Origin: Halomicronema hongdechloris C2206
GTDB taxonomy: Bacteria > Cyanobacteriota > Cyanobacteriia > Phormidesmidales > Phormidesmidaceae
DNA: 32,000 nt
Assembly (NCBI RefSeq): GCF_002075285.3
Contig: NZ_CP021983.2
Location: 1,710,001-1,742,000 of the forward strand
Direction: 5' to 3'
Position numbers and translations under genes: made by a program. Positions within the stretch are counted from its first letter, which is position 1; every line of letters starts with the position of its first letter. The notes under the pieces are model-generated. The model made no database searches, was not told where the DNA came from, and saw nothing but the letters and a program-made list of their open reading frames with translations. This document shows positions 9,948-19,510 of the stretch, piece after piece.

Positions 9948-10871
9948 ATGCCCATGAGTGCGACCACGACTCCCCAAACTCCTGACCTTGACCGAGTCAA
10001 CGCCATTGTCAATCCCCAGTTGCAGCAGTGGAAACAACGTACGACTGACACCCCGGGCATATGGTCAGGGGCCTTTGTGCAGGAAACCCTGGCCATGACC
10101 CGGCGGCTGTTCATTCAATTGCAGCGCCGACCCTCTACTCTGGTGGCGGGTGTGATCCAGCCATTGATCTGGCTGGTGTTATTTGGAGCCCTGTTCCAAA
10201 ATGTGCCCTCGGGGTTGTTCGGAGAAAGCCAGAACTATGGTCAGTTTTTAGGAGCTGGCATCATTGTGTTTACGGCCTTTGGGGGAGCTCTCAATGCTGG
10301 GTTGCCGGTGATGTTTGATCGGGAATTCGGGTTTCTGAACCGGTTTCTGGTGGCGCCTTTGGCCTCCCGTTATTCCATTGTGGTGGCCTCGGCTCTCTTC
10401 ATTGCTGCCATGAGTTTGGTGCAGACGGCTGCCATTATTGGCCTCAGTGCAGTGCTGGGGGCTGGACTACCGGGATTAACCGGCTTGGCTCTAGTGGTGG
10501 GTATCGTCTTGACTCTAGTGCTGGGAGTAACGGCCCTGAGTCTAGGATTGGCCTTTGCCCTGCCTGGTCACATTGAGTTGATTGCCGTGATTTTCGTCAC
10601 CAATTTGCCCCTGCTATTTGCCAGTACAGCCCTGGTGCCTCTGTCATTCATGCCGGGTTGGTTGCAGGTGGTGGCTAGCCTCAATCCTCTCAGCTATGCC
10701 ATTGAGCCCATCCGCCACATCTATGTGCATGGCAATTGGACTCTGGGCAGTGTGGTGATGGCGGCTCCCTTTGCCGATATTTCCCTGGGGGCTTGCCTGG
10801 GAGTGCTGGTAGGCTTCAGCGCCTTGGCTCTGGCCTTGATTCAACCGCTATTGCGTCGCCGCTTGGTTTAG
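9948..10871 (+). CDS. ABC-2 family transporter permease
   Basis: Six-TM hydrophobic protein directly downstream of the ATPase, in the typical ABC-2 layout. Confidence 0.85.
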   Translation: MPMSATTTPQTPDLDRVNAIVNPQLQQWKQRTTDTPGIWSGAFVQETLAMTRRLFIQLQRRPSTLVAGVIQPLIWLVLFGALFQNVPSGLFGESQNYGQFLGAGIIVFTAFGGALNAGLPVMFDREFGFLNRFLVAPLASRYSIVVASALFIAAMSLVQTAAIIGLSAVLGAGLPGLTGLALVVGIVLTLVLGVTALSLGLAFALPGHIELIAVIFVTNLPLLFASTALVPLSFMPGWLQVVASLNPLSYAIEPIRHIYVHGNWTLGSVVMAAPFADISLGACLGVLVGFSALALALIQPLLRRRLV

Positions 10872-10970
10872 TGGCACGGTGATGGCGCCAATCGGTGTCA
10901 TCTTTGCTATAGTCTGAGCCATGGGGGTATGTCCTTACCCTCGTGATCATCATGTTGTGGTGTTGATGCT

Positions 10971-11321
10971 ATGGTTTGCCTGACTCGATGTAACTGGCTA
11001 TGGGTAGTTGGGCTGGTGGCTGCGGTGGGTATCGTTGCTGCTCCCGTCGCCTCTGCCCAAGAAGCAGCTGATATTGATCCCCTCGAAGATCTGCAGGGGC
11101 CCGAGCGCAGTAGTGATCCCTTTAACAGCGATCTAGGGCCGATGCAGCTGATTCATCAGCTGATGCGCAATGGCACCTCCCTGTCCGATTTTAATCAGCG
11201 CCAACAGGGTCGGATCTCGGATGAGGTTAGGAACTTTCGCCAGCAGCAGCAGGAGGCGTTGCGATCGCAACCGCAGGCCTCTCCGGCCCCTGCTCCTGAG
11301 TCGGACGAGGCGGTCCAGTAG
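10971..11321 (+). CDS. small secreted hypothetical protein
   Basis: 116 aa with an N-terminal signal peptide (WLWVVGLVAAVGIVAAPVASA/QE) followed by a Gln/Asp-rich soluble part. Confidence 0.55.
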   Translation: MVCLTRCNWLWVVGLVAAVGIVAAPVASAQEAADIDPLEDLQGPERSSDPFNSDLGPMQLIHQLMRNGTSLSDFNQRQQGRISDEVRNFRQQQQEALRSQPQASPAPAPESDEAVQ

Positions 11322-11437
11322 TGCTGGCCTGAGGGATATTCGCCCAGTTGAGAGCACCCCATGCTGAGCCCCTGCTCCCAGCAATGGCAGGTGGCTTTAG
11401 ATGCTTGTTAGATAGCTTAATCTTCCAGATTTGGTAT

Positions 11438-13558
11438 TTAGGCGTCTGCTGAGTGGGCCAACAGGGCCAACAAGTCAGCCTCGCTCAATTGGGGGATATC
11501 GAGCTGCTTGGCGGTTTCTAGCTTGGAGCCAGCCTCGCGACCGACGACGACATAGTCGGTCTTGCGGCTGACGGAGCTGGTGACTTTGCCGCCAGCGTCC
11601 TCGATCTTGGCCTTGGCCTCGCTGCGGGTGAGGCTGGGGAGGCTACCGGTGAGCACAAAGGTTTTGCCGCTCAGGGAGCGGGCTTCGGGGCTAGGGGCCT
11701 CTGGGGCCTGGTTAGCCAACTGCAGGCCCACCTGCTTCAGGTGCTCAATTAGAGTTTGGTTGGCAGGAACACGAAACCACTGATAGACGGATTGGGCGAT
11801 TTCCGGGCCAATGCCGTAGACTGCCGTGATCGCCTCTGGGGCGGCAGCGGCTAGCGCGTCGACATCCCTGAAATGTTGGACCAGCAGTTGGGCGTTAACG
11901 CTGCCCACATGGCGAATGCCCAATCCATACAGCACCCGAGACCAGGGTTTAGTCTTTGAGGCTGCGATCGCAGCCACCAGTTTCTGGGCCAATTGCGGCC
12001 CCATACGCTCTAGTGGTAATAGATCGGCCACCGTGAGCTCATAGAGGTCGGCCACAGAGTGGACCAGCCCCTGCTCTACCCACTGCTGGATCCACTTTTC
12101 CCCGACACCATCAATATCTAAGGCATCGCGGCTGGCCCAATGGAGCAGGGCTCCCTGGACGATGGCTGGACAGGAGGTATTGATGCAGCGGGTGATCGCT
12201 TCCTCTGCCGGCTTCACTAGGGGTTCCCCACACTCAGGACAGTGACTGGGCATGGTCACCGGCGGGGCCTCTGGGGGGCGCAGAGCCGGCATCACCCGCA
12301 GTACCTCGGGAATAATTTCCCCGGCTTTGCGCAGGACCACCGTGTCGCCAATATGAACATCTAACTCGGCGATGCGGTCAACATTGTGTAGGGTCGCCCG
12401 GGAGACGGTGGTCCCGGCCAACTGCACTGGATTCAAGCGGGCCACAGGGGTGACAGCTCCGGTACGGCCCACCTGAAACCCCACCTCCTGGAGGATGGTG
12501 GGGGCCTCCTCGGCTGGATACTTCAGGGCGATGGCCCAGCGGGGAAACTTTTGGGTGAATCCTAGGGCCTGCTGCAGCCCCAGGAGTCGAGGGCTTGACC
12601 CCACCCCATCGGGTGAGATACGGCAACGCCGTGGCGCTGGGGTGGCCCAGTGAGTGTAATAGTCCTGCACCGCCTCAGCCGAGGGCATAGTTGCCGATGA
12701 GGGGTTGACCTTAAAACCCATCTCTTCTAAGCGGTCTAGGGCTTGCCATTGGGTCTTGAGGGAAAGGTTGGACGTTTGGATTGCGCCTCTTCTGGGGCGG
12801 TCTGTTCCCTCTTCCCTGTCTCCTAGGCCCTCTTTGCCGCCGACATACATGGTGTAGGGGAAGAAATCTAACCGTCGTCGGGCACGATGCGGGAATCTAG
12901 CTGCCTCAGGGTGCCGGCTGCCGCATTGCGGGGATTGCAAAAGGGGCTCGCCCCTGGCTGCGCGCTCTTGGTTGATGGCCTGAAAGACATCTAGGGGGAG
13001 GAGGCTTCGCCTCGCACTTCTACCAACGCTGGGGCAGGGTCTAGGGGCCAACCGCAAGCGGAATCGTCCGAATGGTTTTGACATTCTGGGTGATGTCTTC
13101 CCCGGCCTAGGCCGTCGCCGCGGGTAGCCCCGCACCAGCACCCCATGCTCATAGGTGAGGGCCAGGGCAGAGCCATCGATTTTAAGCTCGGCTACGTAGG
13201 CAGCAGCTTCCACCTCTGGGGCTAGCTCTGGGGCTAGTCGCCGCCAGCGTTCTTCCGCCCGAAACTCCTCGAGTCGAAAGGCGTTTTCTAGGCTGTAAAG
13301 GGGATGCGGTGGCGCACAGGACTGAAATTGGGCCGCGGGCTTCTCCCCGACTCGTTGGGTGGGGCTATCGGGGGTAATCAGCTCGGGATCAGCCGCCTCC
13401 AGGTCCTGTAGTTCGCGATAGAGGCGATCGTAAACCTCGTCCTCCATGATCGGATCATCGAGGACGTAGTAGGCATAACTGGCTCGCTGCAGGTGAGATC
13501 GCACCTCCTCGGCCCGCTGCCGTGTAGTGGAGTTAGTCGATTCGGTTGCCCCCGACAT
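11438..13558 (-). CDS. ligA: NAD-dependent DNA ligase LigA; ORF intact, but adenylation-domain motifs between about 12575 and 13320 are displaced into the other frames (possible pseudogene or local sequence errors)
   Basis: In frame: the N-terminal Ia domain ([24 protein letters not shown]), KxDG ([11 protein letters not shown]), OB fold, Zn finger (CPECGEPL...C), HhH and BRCT ([11 protein letters not shown]). Not in the annotated frame: [48 protein letters not shown] and LPYLT. See the first finding. Confidence 0.8.
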   Translation of the reverse strand: MSGATESTNSTTRQRAEEVRSHLQRASYAYYVLDDPIMEDEVYDRLYRELQDLEAADPELITPDSPTQRVGEKPAAQFQSCAPPHPLYSLENAFRLEEFRAEERWRRLAPELAPEVEAAAYVAELKIDGSALALTYEHGVLVRGYPRRRPRPGKTSPRMSKPFGRFRLRLAPRPCPSVGRSARRSLLPLDVFQAINQERAARGEPLLQSPQCGSRHPEAARFPHRARRRLDFFPYTMYVGGKEGLGDREEGTDRPRRGAIQTSNLSLKTQWQALDRLEEMGFKVNPSSATMPSAEAVQDYYTHWATPAPRRCRISPDGVGSSPRLLGLQQALGFTQKFPRWAIALKYPAEEAPTILQEVGFQVGRTGAVTPVARLNPVQLAGTTVSRATLHNVDRIAELDVHIGDTVVLRKAGEIIPEVLRVMPALRPPEAPPVTMPSHCPECGEPLVKPAEEAITRCINTSCPAIVQGALLHWASRDALDIDGVGEKWIQQWVEQGLVHSVADLYELTVADLLPLERMGPQLAQKLVAAIAASKTKPWSRVLYGLGIRHVGSVNAQLLVQHFRDVDALAAAAPEAITAVYGIGPEIAQSVYQWFRVPANQTLIEHLKQVGLQLANQAPEAPSPEARSLSGKTFVLTGSLPSLTRSEAKAKIEDAGGKVTSSVSRKTDYVVVGREAGSKLETAKQLDIPQLSEADLLALLAHSADA

Positions 13559-13700
13559 TGTTGCTTAGCGCTATCACCAGAACATAGTCTAGCGTCCCTG
13601 ACCCCTAAGGTAGCCCCCCGGGCTAGTACGCCCGACCGACCAGTTGAGGCGCTGATATCCTAGCCCCCGCGGCCAAACAGCACGGAGGTTGGCCGTGTCC

Positions 13701-15212
13701 TTAATCCCAATGGGCCGGTACCCGGTTAGAGAGGCGAGTCAGCTCCCGCAGTTGGTGGCGCACCTCGTCCGTTAGCACATCGGCATGGTAGCGCCAGGTC
13801 CAATTGCCATCGGGTTTGCCTGGACAATTCATGCGGGCTTCGCTACCCAGTCCCAGGATGTCTTGTAGGGGAAAGATGGCTTGATTCGCCACCGACATCA
13901 AGGCCAGGCGAATCACATCCCAGTGAATGCCCGCCTGACTGGTGCAGCCCAGATACATCATCAGGCGGCTACGGTCGTAATCTGGAATTGTATGAAACCA
14001 GCCGACGGTGGTGTCATTGTCGTGGGTACCGCTGTAGACCACGCAGTTACGGGAATAATTGAAGGGGAGATAGGGATTATTGTTATCGGAGCCGAAGGCA
14101 AACTGCAGGATCTTCATGCCGGGGAAGTCAAATTTATCCCGCAAGGCTTCAACATCAGGGGTAATGATGCCCAGATCCTCTGCCAAGATTGGTAGGCTGC
14201 CCAGTTCCCGTTTCACCGTTTCAAAGAAGGCTTCGCCGGGGGCCTCTATCCACTGGCCGTTAATGGCCGTATCTTCTCCCTCGGGAATGGCCCAGTAGGC
14301 GCGAAATCCCCGAAAGTGGTCGATGCGAATCAGATCAATGTAATCCAGCAGCGCTTTCAACCGCTGCAGCCACCAGCGAAAGCCACTTTTCTCCAGTTCG
14401 GCCCAATTGTAGGTAGGATTGCCCCAAAGTTGACCGGTCTCGCTGAAATAATCGGGGGGGACCCCGGCCATCTGGGAGGGGTTGAGGGTCTCCATGTCGA
14501 CCATGAAGTTTTCTGGGAATCCCCAGACATCGGCACTATCATGGGCCACATAAATGGGCATGTCGCCGACAATCTGAATACCACGCTCATTGGCGTACTG
14601 CTTCAAGGATGACCATTGCCGATGGAATTCAAACTGAAAAAACTTGTGGCAGAAGATGTCATCCGCCAACTTGGCCCGCCACTCGGCCATGGCCTCAGGC
14701 TTGCGACGGGCGATCGCCACATCCCATTGGGACCAACTGGCCCCATGGTGGGCCTGCTTCAAGGCCATGAAGAAGGCATACTCGTCTAGCCAGAAATCGT
14801 GATCGACACAGAAGTGCTGAAATGCGTCTCGGTCGGCGTCGCTAGCTTGGGCGCGGAAAGTGTGGGCGGCTTTCTCTAGGGGAACCGCCTTGGCCGGGAT
14901 CACCCGTTCATAGTCGACAAAGTCCTTGGGAAACTCGGGCAGAGACCCTAGATCCTCTGGTTGCAGCAGGGTGCGATCGCACAACTGCTCCAAACTAATT
15001 AATAGAGGATTCCCCCCCATAGACGAGTAAGACATGTACGGGGAATTGCCATGACCCGTGGGTCCCAAGGGCAACACTTGCCAGATCTGCTGACCCGTCT
15101 CGGCCAGAAAATCGACAAAACCATAGGCTTCGGGGCCCAAGTCACCAACACCAAAGCGACTAGGTAAAGACGTGGGATGCAGAAGAATACCGCTGGCTCG
15201 CTGAAACGCCAT
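13701..15212 (-). CDS. malQ: 4-alpha-glucanotransferase (amylomaltase, GH77)
   Basis: The start MAFQRASGILLHPTSLPSRFGVGDLG is the canonical MalQ N-terminus, and GH77 blocks (IRIDHFRGF, LPILAEDLG, YSGTHDNDT) are present. The track start at 15263 is a 17-codon upstream extension. Confidence 0.9.
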   Translation of the reverse strand: MAFQRASGILLHPTSLPSRFGVGDLGPEAYGFVDFLAETGQQIWQVLPLGPTGHGNSPYMSYSSMGGNPLLISLEQLCDRTLLQPEDLGSLPEFPKDFVDYERVIPAKAVPLEKAAHTFRAQASDADRDAFQHFCVDHDFWLDEYAFFMALKQAHHGASWSQWDVAIARRKPEAMAEWRAKLADDIFCHKFFQFEFHRQWSSLKQYANERGIQIVGDMPIYVAHDSADVWGFPENFMVDMETLNPSQMAGVPPDYFSETGQLWGNPTYNWAELEKSGFRWWLQRLKALLDYIDLIRIDHFRGFRAYWAIPEGEDTAINGQWIEAPGEAFFETVKRELGSLPILAEDLGIITPDVEALRDKFDFPGMKILQFAFGSDNNNPYLPFNYSRNCVVYSGTHDNDTTVGWFHTIPDYDRSRLMMYLGCTSQAGIHWDVIRLALMSVANQAIFPLQDILGLGSEARMNCPGKPDGNWTWRYHADVLTDEVRHQLRELTRLSNRVPAHWD

Positions 15213-15430
15213 TAGGATACGATGAAACGTTCCCATTGAATCTAACATGGTCCCCCCGGTCACTTAAGGGGAATGGCCAGAGACTTGCTAAGAATTTATA
15301 GCCTTAGCTAGATAGCCAGAACAGTATGGACTCATCGCGGGTCAAGCGCTAGGAGCTGTCCGGCCTATAGCCGCCCCAGGCGTTATGGCAGCGGCTATCT
15401 CCAGGTTATGCTGGCAACTCAGATCTTGTC

Positions 15431-15904
15431 ATGAAATTCACAGATCCCACGCCAATGTCTGCCCCTACCCTTTACCGTAACCCTGCTCCCACCGTCGATC
15501 TGATCATCGAATTACTGGATCGTCCTCACCGTCCCATTATTCTGATTGAGCGTCATAATCCCCCCTATGGTTGGGCGCTGCCGGGAGGTTTTATCGACTA
15601 CGGTGAATCGGCGGAAGCAGCAGCCCGGCGAGAGGCCCAGGAAGAAACCAGCCTAGAGGTCACCTTAGTCGAGCAGTTCTTTGTCTATTCTGATCCCCAG
15701 CGGGATCCGCGCAAACACACCCTCAGCGTGGTGTTTATCGCCACCGCCAGAGGCATTCCCAAAGCCGGTGATGATGCCAAACACCTGGCCTGGTTCCACA
15801 GTTGGGACATGCCAACGTCCCTCTGCTTTGACCACGATCGCATCCTGGGCGATTATTGGCAGTATCGCCATTATGGTCGGCGTCCTCGCCCCTCAACCCT
15901 TTAG
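15431..15904 (+). CDS. NUDIX hydrolase
   Basis: Nudix box [26 protein letters not shown] (GX5EX7REUXEEXGU). Confidence 0.85.
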   Translation: MKFTDPTPMSAPTLYRNPAPTVDLIIELLDRPHRPIILIERHNPPYGWALPGGFIDYGESAEAAARREAQEETSLEVTLVEQFFVYSDPQRDPRKHTLSVVFIATARGIPKAGDDAKHLAWFHSWDMPTSLCFDHDRILGDYWQYRHYGRRPRPSTL

Positions 15905-15911
15905 AATCTTG

Positions 15912-16310
15912 ATGCCCATGACCCGTCGTATCATTCAGACCGACAATGCCCCTGCCCCGGTAGGCCCCTACAACCAGGCCGTCGTGGCCAGCGGCCAATT
16001 GGTATTTGTTGCCGGTCAGATCCCCTTGGATGCTGAGACTGGCCAGTTGATAAGCAGTGACGACGTCGTCGCTCAGACCCACCAATGTATGGCTAATCTC
16101 AAGGCGATTCTGGTTGCTGCGGGGGCCACCCTAGAGGACGTGGTGAAGACCACCATCTTCCTGAAAGATATGAGTGACTTTGGCGCGATGAATGGGGCCT
16201 ATGCTACCTACTTCAGTGACCAAAGTGCTCCGGCCCGCGCCTGTATCGAGGTGGCCCGCCTGCCCAAGGACGTGCGGGTTGAGATCGAGTGCATGGCCGT
16301 CATCAGTTGA
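15912..16310 (+). CDS. ridA: RidA/YjgF family reactive-intermediate deaminase
   Basis: TDNAPAPVGPYNQAVVASGQLVFVAGQIPLD...ARACIEVARLPKDVRVEIECMA is typical RidA. The track ORF from 15681 is an out-of-frame overlap with the NUDIX gene. The start is ATG 15912 or 15918. Confidence 0.85.
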   Translation: MPMTRRIIQTDNAPAPVGPYNQAVVASGQLVFVAGQIPLDAETGQLISSDDVVAQTHQCMANLKAILVAAGATLEDVVKTTIFLKDMSDFGAMNGAYATYFSDQSAPARACIEVARLPKDVRVEIECMAVIS

Positions 16311-16463
16311 CGTTGTCAAATTCCCCTGTTAAGTTCTTTATAGATAAGGAATAGCTGGAAATTCCCGAGTCCCTTCTATGCTGCTTGCAACTCAGTTCTA
16401 TTTTTGGTTTTTGATGGAGGTTCACCGGCGGTGAAAGGGCTTTACTATGCCAACCTCCGGTGG

Positions 16464-16489
16464 ACCGCAGAGTGACCTCTGCGGTTTTT
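16464..16489 (+). terminator. intrinsic terminator T1
   Basis: ACCGCAGAG-tgac-CTCTGCGGT forms a perfect 9-bp stem and is followed by TTTT. Confidence 0.7.
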
Positions 16490-16494
16490 GTTTG

Positions 16495-16529
16495 ATCAGG
16501 CCGTTCTTATCAGGCCGTTTTTATCAGGC
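16495..16529 (+). repeat. short tandem repeat ATCAGGCCGTT(n)
   Basis: ATCAGGCCGTT occurs at 16495-16505 and 16509-16519, with a partial ATCAGGC at 16523-16529 (period 14 nt). Confidence 0.6.
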
Positions 16530-16656
16530 TATTTGACTCCTGTGTTGATGCTCTCGATGTGATTGTGATGCCCCTGCTGTCTCAACGTCTTTGGTTTTTT
16601 AGCTTTTATGGTTCACCCGGATAGGCTCCAGGGACAGACGGCAATGCCGCTAACCA

Positions 16657-16685
16657 GACCCGGAGCCTGCCCTCCGGGTCTTTTT
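16657..16685 (+). terminator. intrinsic terminator T2, 90 nt upstream of the DAHP synthase start
   Basis: GACCCGGA-gcctgccc-TCCGGGTC forms a perfect 8-bp stem and is followed by TTTTT. Confidence 0.7.
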
Positions 16686-16774
16686 AGTCAGAAAGCTAGC
16701 CAGTTTGCCAAGCGCGATACGAGTTACGACGACGATTTCTGAGACCTACTGCAATTTCCCGAGGAACCCCAACC

Positions 16775-17632
16775 ATGAAAGATGCCAAATTGACCCTGAA
16801 AGCAAATCCTCACCATCAGAGTGTGGTTTCGATTACGCCGACGGTGGCGGTTGGAGCCGACGATCTACTCATCGTTGGTGGCCCCTGCACGGTGGAAAAT
16901 CTAGGGCAAATGACTACGGTGGCCCAGTGTCTTGTGCCCCATGGTATTCAAGCCCTTCGAGGCGGCGTCTACAAGCCCCGCACCTCCCCCTACTCCTTCC
17001 AGGGATCCGGCGACGCGGGGCTCGATATTTTGGCCCAGATCCGCTGTCACCATAGGGTGCCCGTGGTGACCGAGGTGATGGCGATTCACCAGATTGAGTC
17101 GATGCTAGATCGGGTAGACATGTTGCAAGTAGGCAGTCGCAATATGCAAAACTTCGACTTGCTAAAAGCACTAGGCGAAATTGAGAAACCCGTCTTGCTG
17201 AAGCGAGGCCTAGCGGCAACCTTGGAAGAGTTTGTCATGGCGGCAGAGTATATCGTCAGCCACGGAAATCCGGGAATAGTACTCTGTGAGCGAGGCATTC
17301 GCAGCTTCGATAACTACACTCGCAATGTGCTGGATCTCGGGGCTGTGGTGGCCTTAAAGCAAATCACCCACTTGCCGGTAATCGTGGATCCCAGCCATGC
17401 GGCTGGCAAGCGGGAATTGGTACCGGCCCTGGCTAAAGCGGCGATTGCAGCGGGAGCCGATGGTCTGATTGTTGAGTGTCATCCGGTACCCGATCAGTCG
17501 ATATCAGATGCCCGCCAGGCCCTATCTCTAGACGATATGGTGGCCTTAGTAGAACAGTTACGGCCCATTGCTGCTGCCGTGGGGCGGCGGATACCAGCAG
17601 CGACTACCCATGGGGCTGCCCTAGCGGCTTAA
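16775..17632 (+). CDS. aroF: 3-deoxy-7-phosphoheptulonate (DAHP) synthase, type I-beta
   Basis: GGPCTVEN, GGVYKPRTSPYSFQG and VIVDPSHAAG are the I-beta DAHPS/KDO8PS family blocks, and KPRTSPYSFQG favours DAHPS. GAGGAA lies 9 nt upstream of the ATG. Confidence 0.85.
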   Translation: MKDAKLTLKANPHHQSVVSITPTVAVGADDLLIVGGPCTVENLGQMTTVAQCLVPHGIQALRGGVYKPRTSPYSFQGSGDAGLDILAQIRCHHRVPVVTEVMAIHQIESMLDRVDMLQVGSRNMQNFDLLKALGEIEKPVLLKRGLAATLEEFVMAAEYIVSHGNPGIVLCERGIRSFDNYTRNVLDLGAVVALKQITHLPVIVDPSHAAGKRELVPALAKAAIAAGADGLIVECHPVPDQSISDARQALSLDDMVALVEQLRPIAAAVGRRIPAATTHGAALAA

Positions 17633-17650
17633 TCCTTACTAAAGACGACC

Positions 17651-18826
17651 CTATGAAGTGAAACGGGCCGGTGTCATCTGCTTGATCAGATCATCGGGCT
17701 TGCCAGTGGCCCAGGCGGCAAAGCGCTGAGCTGTGGGCGGCAGTAGGGCAAAGGGACTGCTGAAGCCAGTAAATACCTGAACTCCGGTGACATTGGCGAC
17801 AGGCCCGACCAGGGGCAAGCCGTCGCGACTAAAGCTGACCAGGCAGTGATGCCAGGTACCCGGTACCCCTTTCAAGCTGGGTAGGTGGCGACAGATGGCG
17901 GCCCGTAGCTGAGTTTCACTGGCTTGGGCATCAATATCAGCCTCTAAATCGCTGAGGGCTCGGCTGATCTGGCCAATGCAAAGATGGCCGTCTTGAAATT
18001 GGATGGCGCCGCTGTCGAGGATGGGGGGAGCGATTTCCCGACCTGGTTGTTCCCACAGAGGAGCTGTCGTCGGGGCACTGACTTGGGCCTCCAATTGAAA
18101 CCGCTGAGCATCGGCGGGCATGACCAGGGTGCGCAGGGTTAGGTCGAGCGGTGGGGTCTCGATTAGTTCGGCGTGGGTGTAGTAGAGGGGAATAGGGAGA
18201 TCGGCTTGTTTCAGCAGGACCCGACTGTAGCCCCCAGCTGCGATCGCAACGTGGCCAGCCGCATAGGCTTGTTGCGGGGTAGTCACCCCCGTGACGCGCT
18301 CACCAATCCGGACCAGCCCCGTCACTGGGGCAATGATGACGGTGCCCCCCAGCTGCTGGAAGCCATGGTTATAGGCTGCGACCAGAGCAGTGGGAGAGAC
18401 ATGGCCATGGCGTACGGTTAGGGCAGCCGCCAGAGTCGAGGCATCCAACAGGGGGTCTAACTGCTGAGCCGCGGCGGCCGAGATCAACTGTGGCGGAATA
18501 GCACATTTCCGATAAGGGGCCGCAACGGTCTCAACCTCAGCCCCAGCGGCAATAGTCAACACCAGATCCAATTCCCGAAATTGGGTGTCAATCCCTAATT
18601 CTTCCGATAACTGCCGGTGACGTTCGATACCCTCGCGACAGAGCTGGCGGGTAAGAGGCGTAGTGCCAGCCCAATAGGGAATGCCCCCATAGCTAAATCG
18701 AGTTGCACTCGCTGGCTGCAGGGCCCGATCCAGGAGTAAGACCGAAAACTGCTGGCGAGCGAGCTCGTAGCTGAGGGCGGCTCCGGCCAAGCCATTGCCG
18801 ACGACAATCCAGTCAAAGGTGGGCAT
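17651..18826 (-). CDS. FAD-dependent oxidoreductase (DAO/glycine-oxidase-like)
   Basis: The N-terminal dinucleotide fold DWIVVGNGLAGAALSYELARQQFSVLLLD, at 391 aa. Confidence 0.8.
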   Translation of the reverse strand: MPTFDWIVVGNGLAGAALSYELARQQFSVLLLDRALQPASATRFSYGGIPYWAGTTPLTRQLCREGIERHRQLSEELGIDTQFRELDLVLTIAAGAEVETVAAPYRKCAIPPQLISAAAAQQLDPLLDASTLAAALTVRHGHVSPTALVAAYNHGFQQLGGTVIIAPVTGLVRIGERVTGVTTPQQAYAAGHVAIAAGGYSRVLLKQADLPIPLYYTHAELIETPPLDLTLRTLVMPADAQRFQLEAQVSAPTTAPLWEQPGREIAPPILDSGAIQFQDGHLCIGQISRALSDLEADIDAQASETQLRAAICRHLPSLKGVPGTWHHCLVSFSRDGLPLVGPVANVTGVQVFTGFSSPFALLPPTAQRFAAWATGKPDDLIKQMTPARFTS

Positions 18827-18829
18827 GGG

Positions 18830-19471
18830 TCAGGGGTGAATCTGGCTGAGGATACTGCGCAGCCGATCGTAATCATCCTTCAGCAGGATACTCAAGTGGC
18901 GACCTGCCTGCACCAGCCAATCCCGGTCTAGCCGCCGCAGTTGGTAGCTTTGACGTATCACTGCCGCCGTCAAGCCATCCACGGGAGCCTGGCCCACATC
19001 TAGGAGGATACGCAGGAAATCGAGGGTGTCTGTGAACTGCAGCACCTCGTTGGCGGTGCAACTATAAACGGCCTGATGAACTTGGGGGGGACGTGGCGGT
19101 AGATGTTGGTAGAGGGTGCCTGCGGCATCACTCCGGAAGCCGACGATGGCGGCCCGAAATTCGGTGCGCAGCATGGCAAAGATTTGAGGCTGCTGCTGCC
19201 GCAGTTCCTCTAGAGACAACCCCAGGGCCCGGGCTCGATGGACCGAGTCGATGGGGCTGGTAGTGGCGTGGTAGACCACGGCATAGATGTCGTTACCCGA
19301 GTCGTCATCCTGGGCTCGTACCCAACTGCCAAAGGGGGGCATGACTGGAAAACTCAAATCCTCTGGCTCTAGACACTGGGCCAAAAATTCAGGGGTGGCA
19401 GTCTCAATCACCTCGGCGATGTGTCGAGGATGACGGGCCTGGGCCGAGAATTGGGGTAGGGGCAGGCGCAT
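18830..19471 (-). CDS. conserved hypothetical protein
   Basis: 213-aa ORF ending 3 nt before the oxidoreductase start, so probably co-transcribed with it. No family recognised with confidence. Confidence 0.6.
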   Translation of the reverse strand: MRLPLPQFSAQARHPRHIAEVIETATPEFLAQCLEPEDLSFPVMPPFGSWVRAQDDDSGNDIYAVVYHATTSPIDSVHRARALGLSLEELRQQQPQIFAMLRTEFRAAIVGFRSDAAGTLYQHLPPRPPQVHQAVYSCTANEVLQFTDTLDFLRILLDVGQAPVDGLTAAVIRQSYQLRRLDRDWLVQAGRHLSILLKDDYDRLRSILSQIHP

Positions 19472-19510
19472 GGATAGACCCTAATGGCGAGGACAGCCCG
19501 AGGGATACCC

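Noticed and set aside
15681-15911. Upstream extensions of real genes offered by the track: RidA from 15681, cpcA to 31015, cpcC to 30444, malQ to 15263, ctaB from 7609 and the hypothetical to 5890.
   Set aside because: The family-typical N-termini begin at internal ATGs ([52 protein letters not shown]). The extensions overlap neighbouring genes or lack homology-like sequence.
16419-16470. Possible known riboswitch identity for the aroF-upstream modules. GGTTCACC resembles the 5' end of glutamine (glnA / Downstream-peptide) riboswitches, and GGTGGACCGC (16459-16468) at the terminator 5' arm resembles the T-box core GGUGGNACCGCG.
   Set aside because: I could not find the glutamine-riboswitch ACGGAAGUAGG/AAGGAAC core. 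The T-box-like string is one base short and occurs only in module 1. There is also too little upstream sequence (about 150 nt) and no recognisable Stem I or specifier features. I leave it as an unassigned structure pending cmscan.
16447-16536. A 29-codon ORF (MPTSGGPQSDLCGFCLIRPFLSGRFYQAI) with several Phe/Tyr codons, considered as a possible aromatic amino acid attenuation leader peptide for aroF.
   Set aside because: It runs through and past terminator T1 rather than preceding it. It has no SD, and its aromatic codons are scattered rather than clustered. It does not fit classical leader-peptide attenuation geometry.
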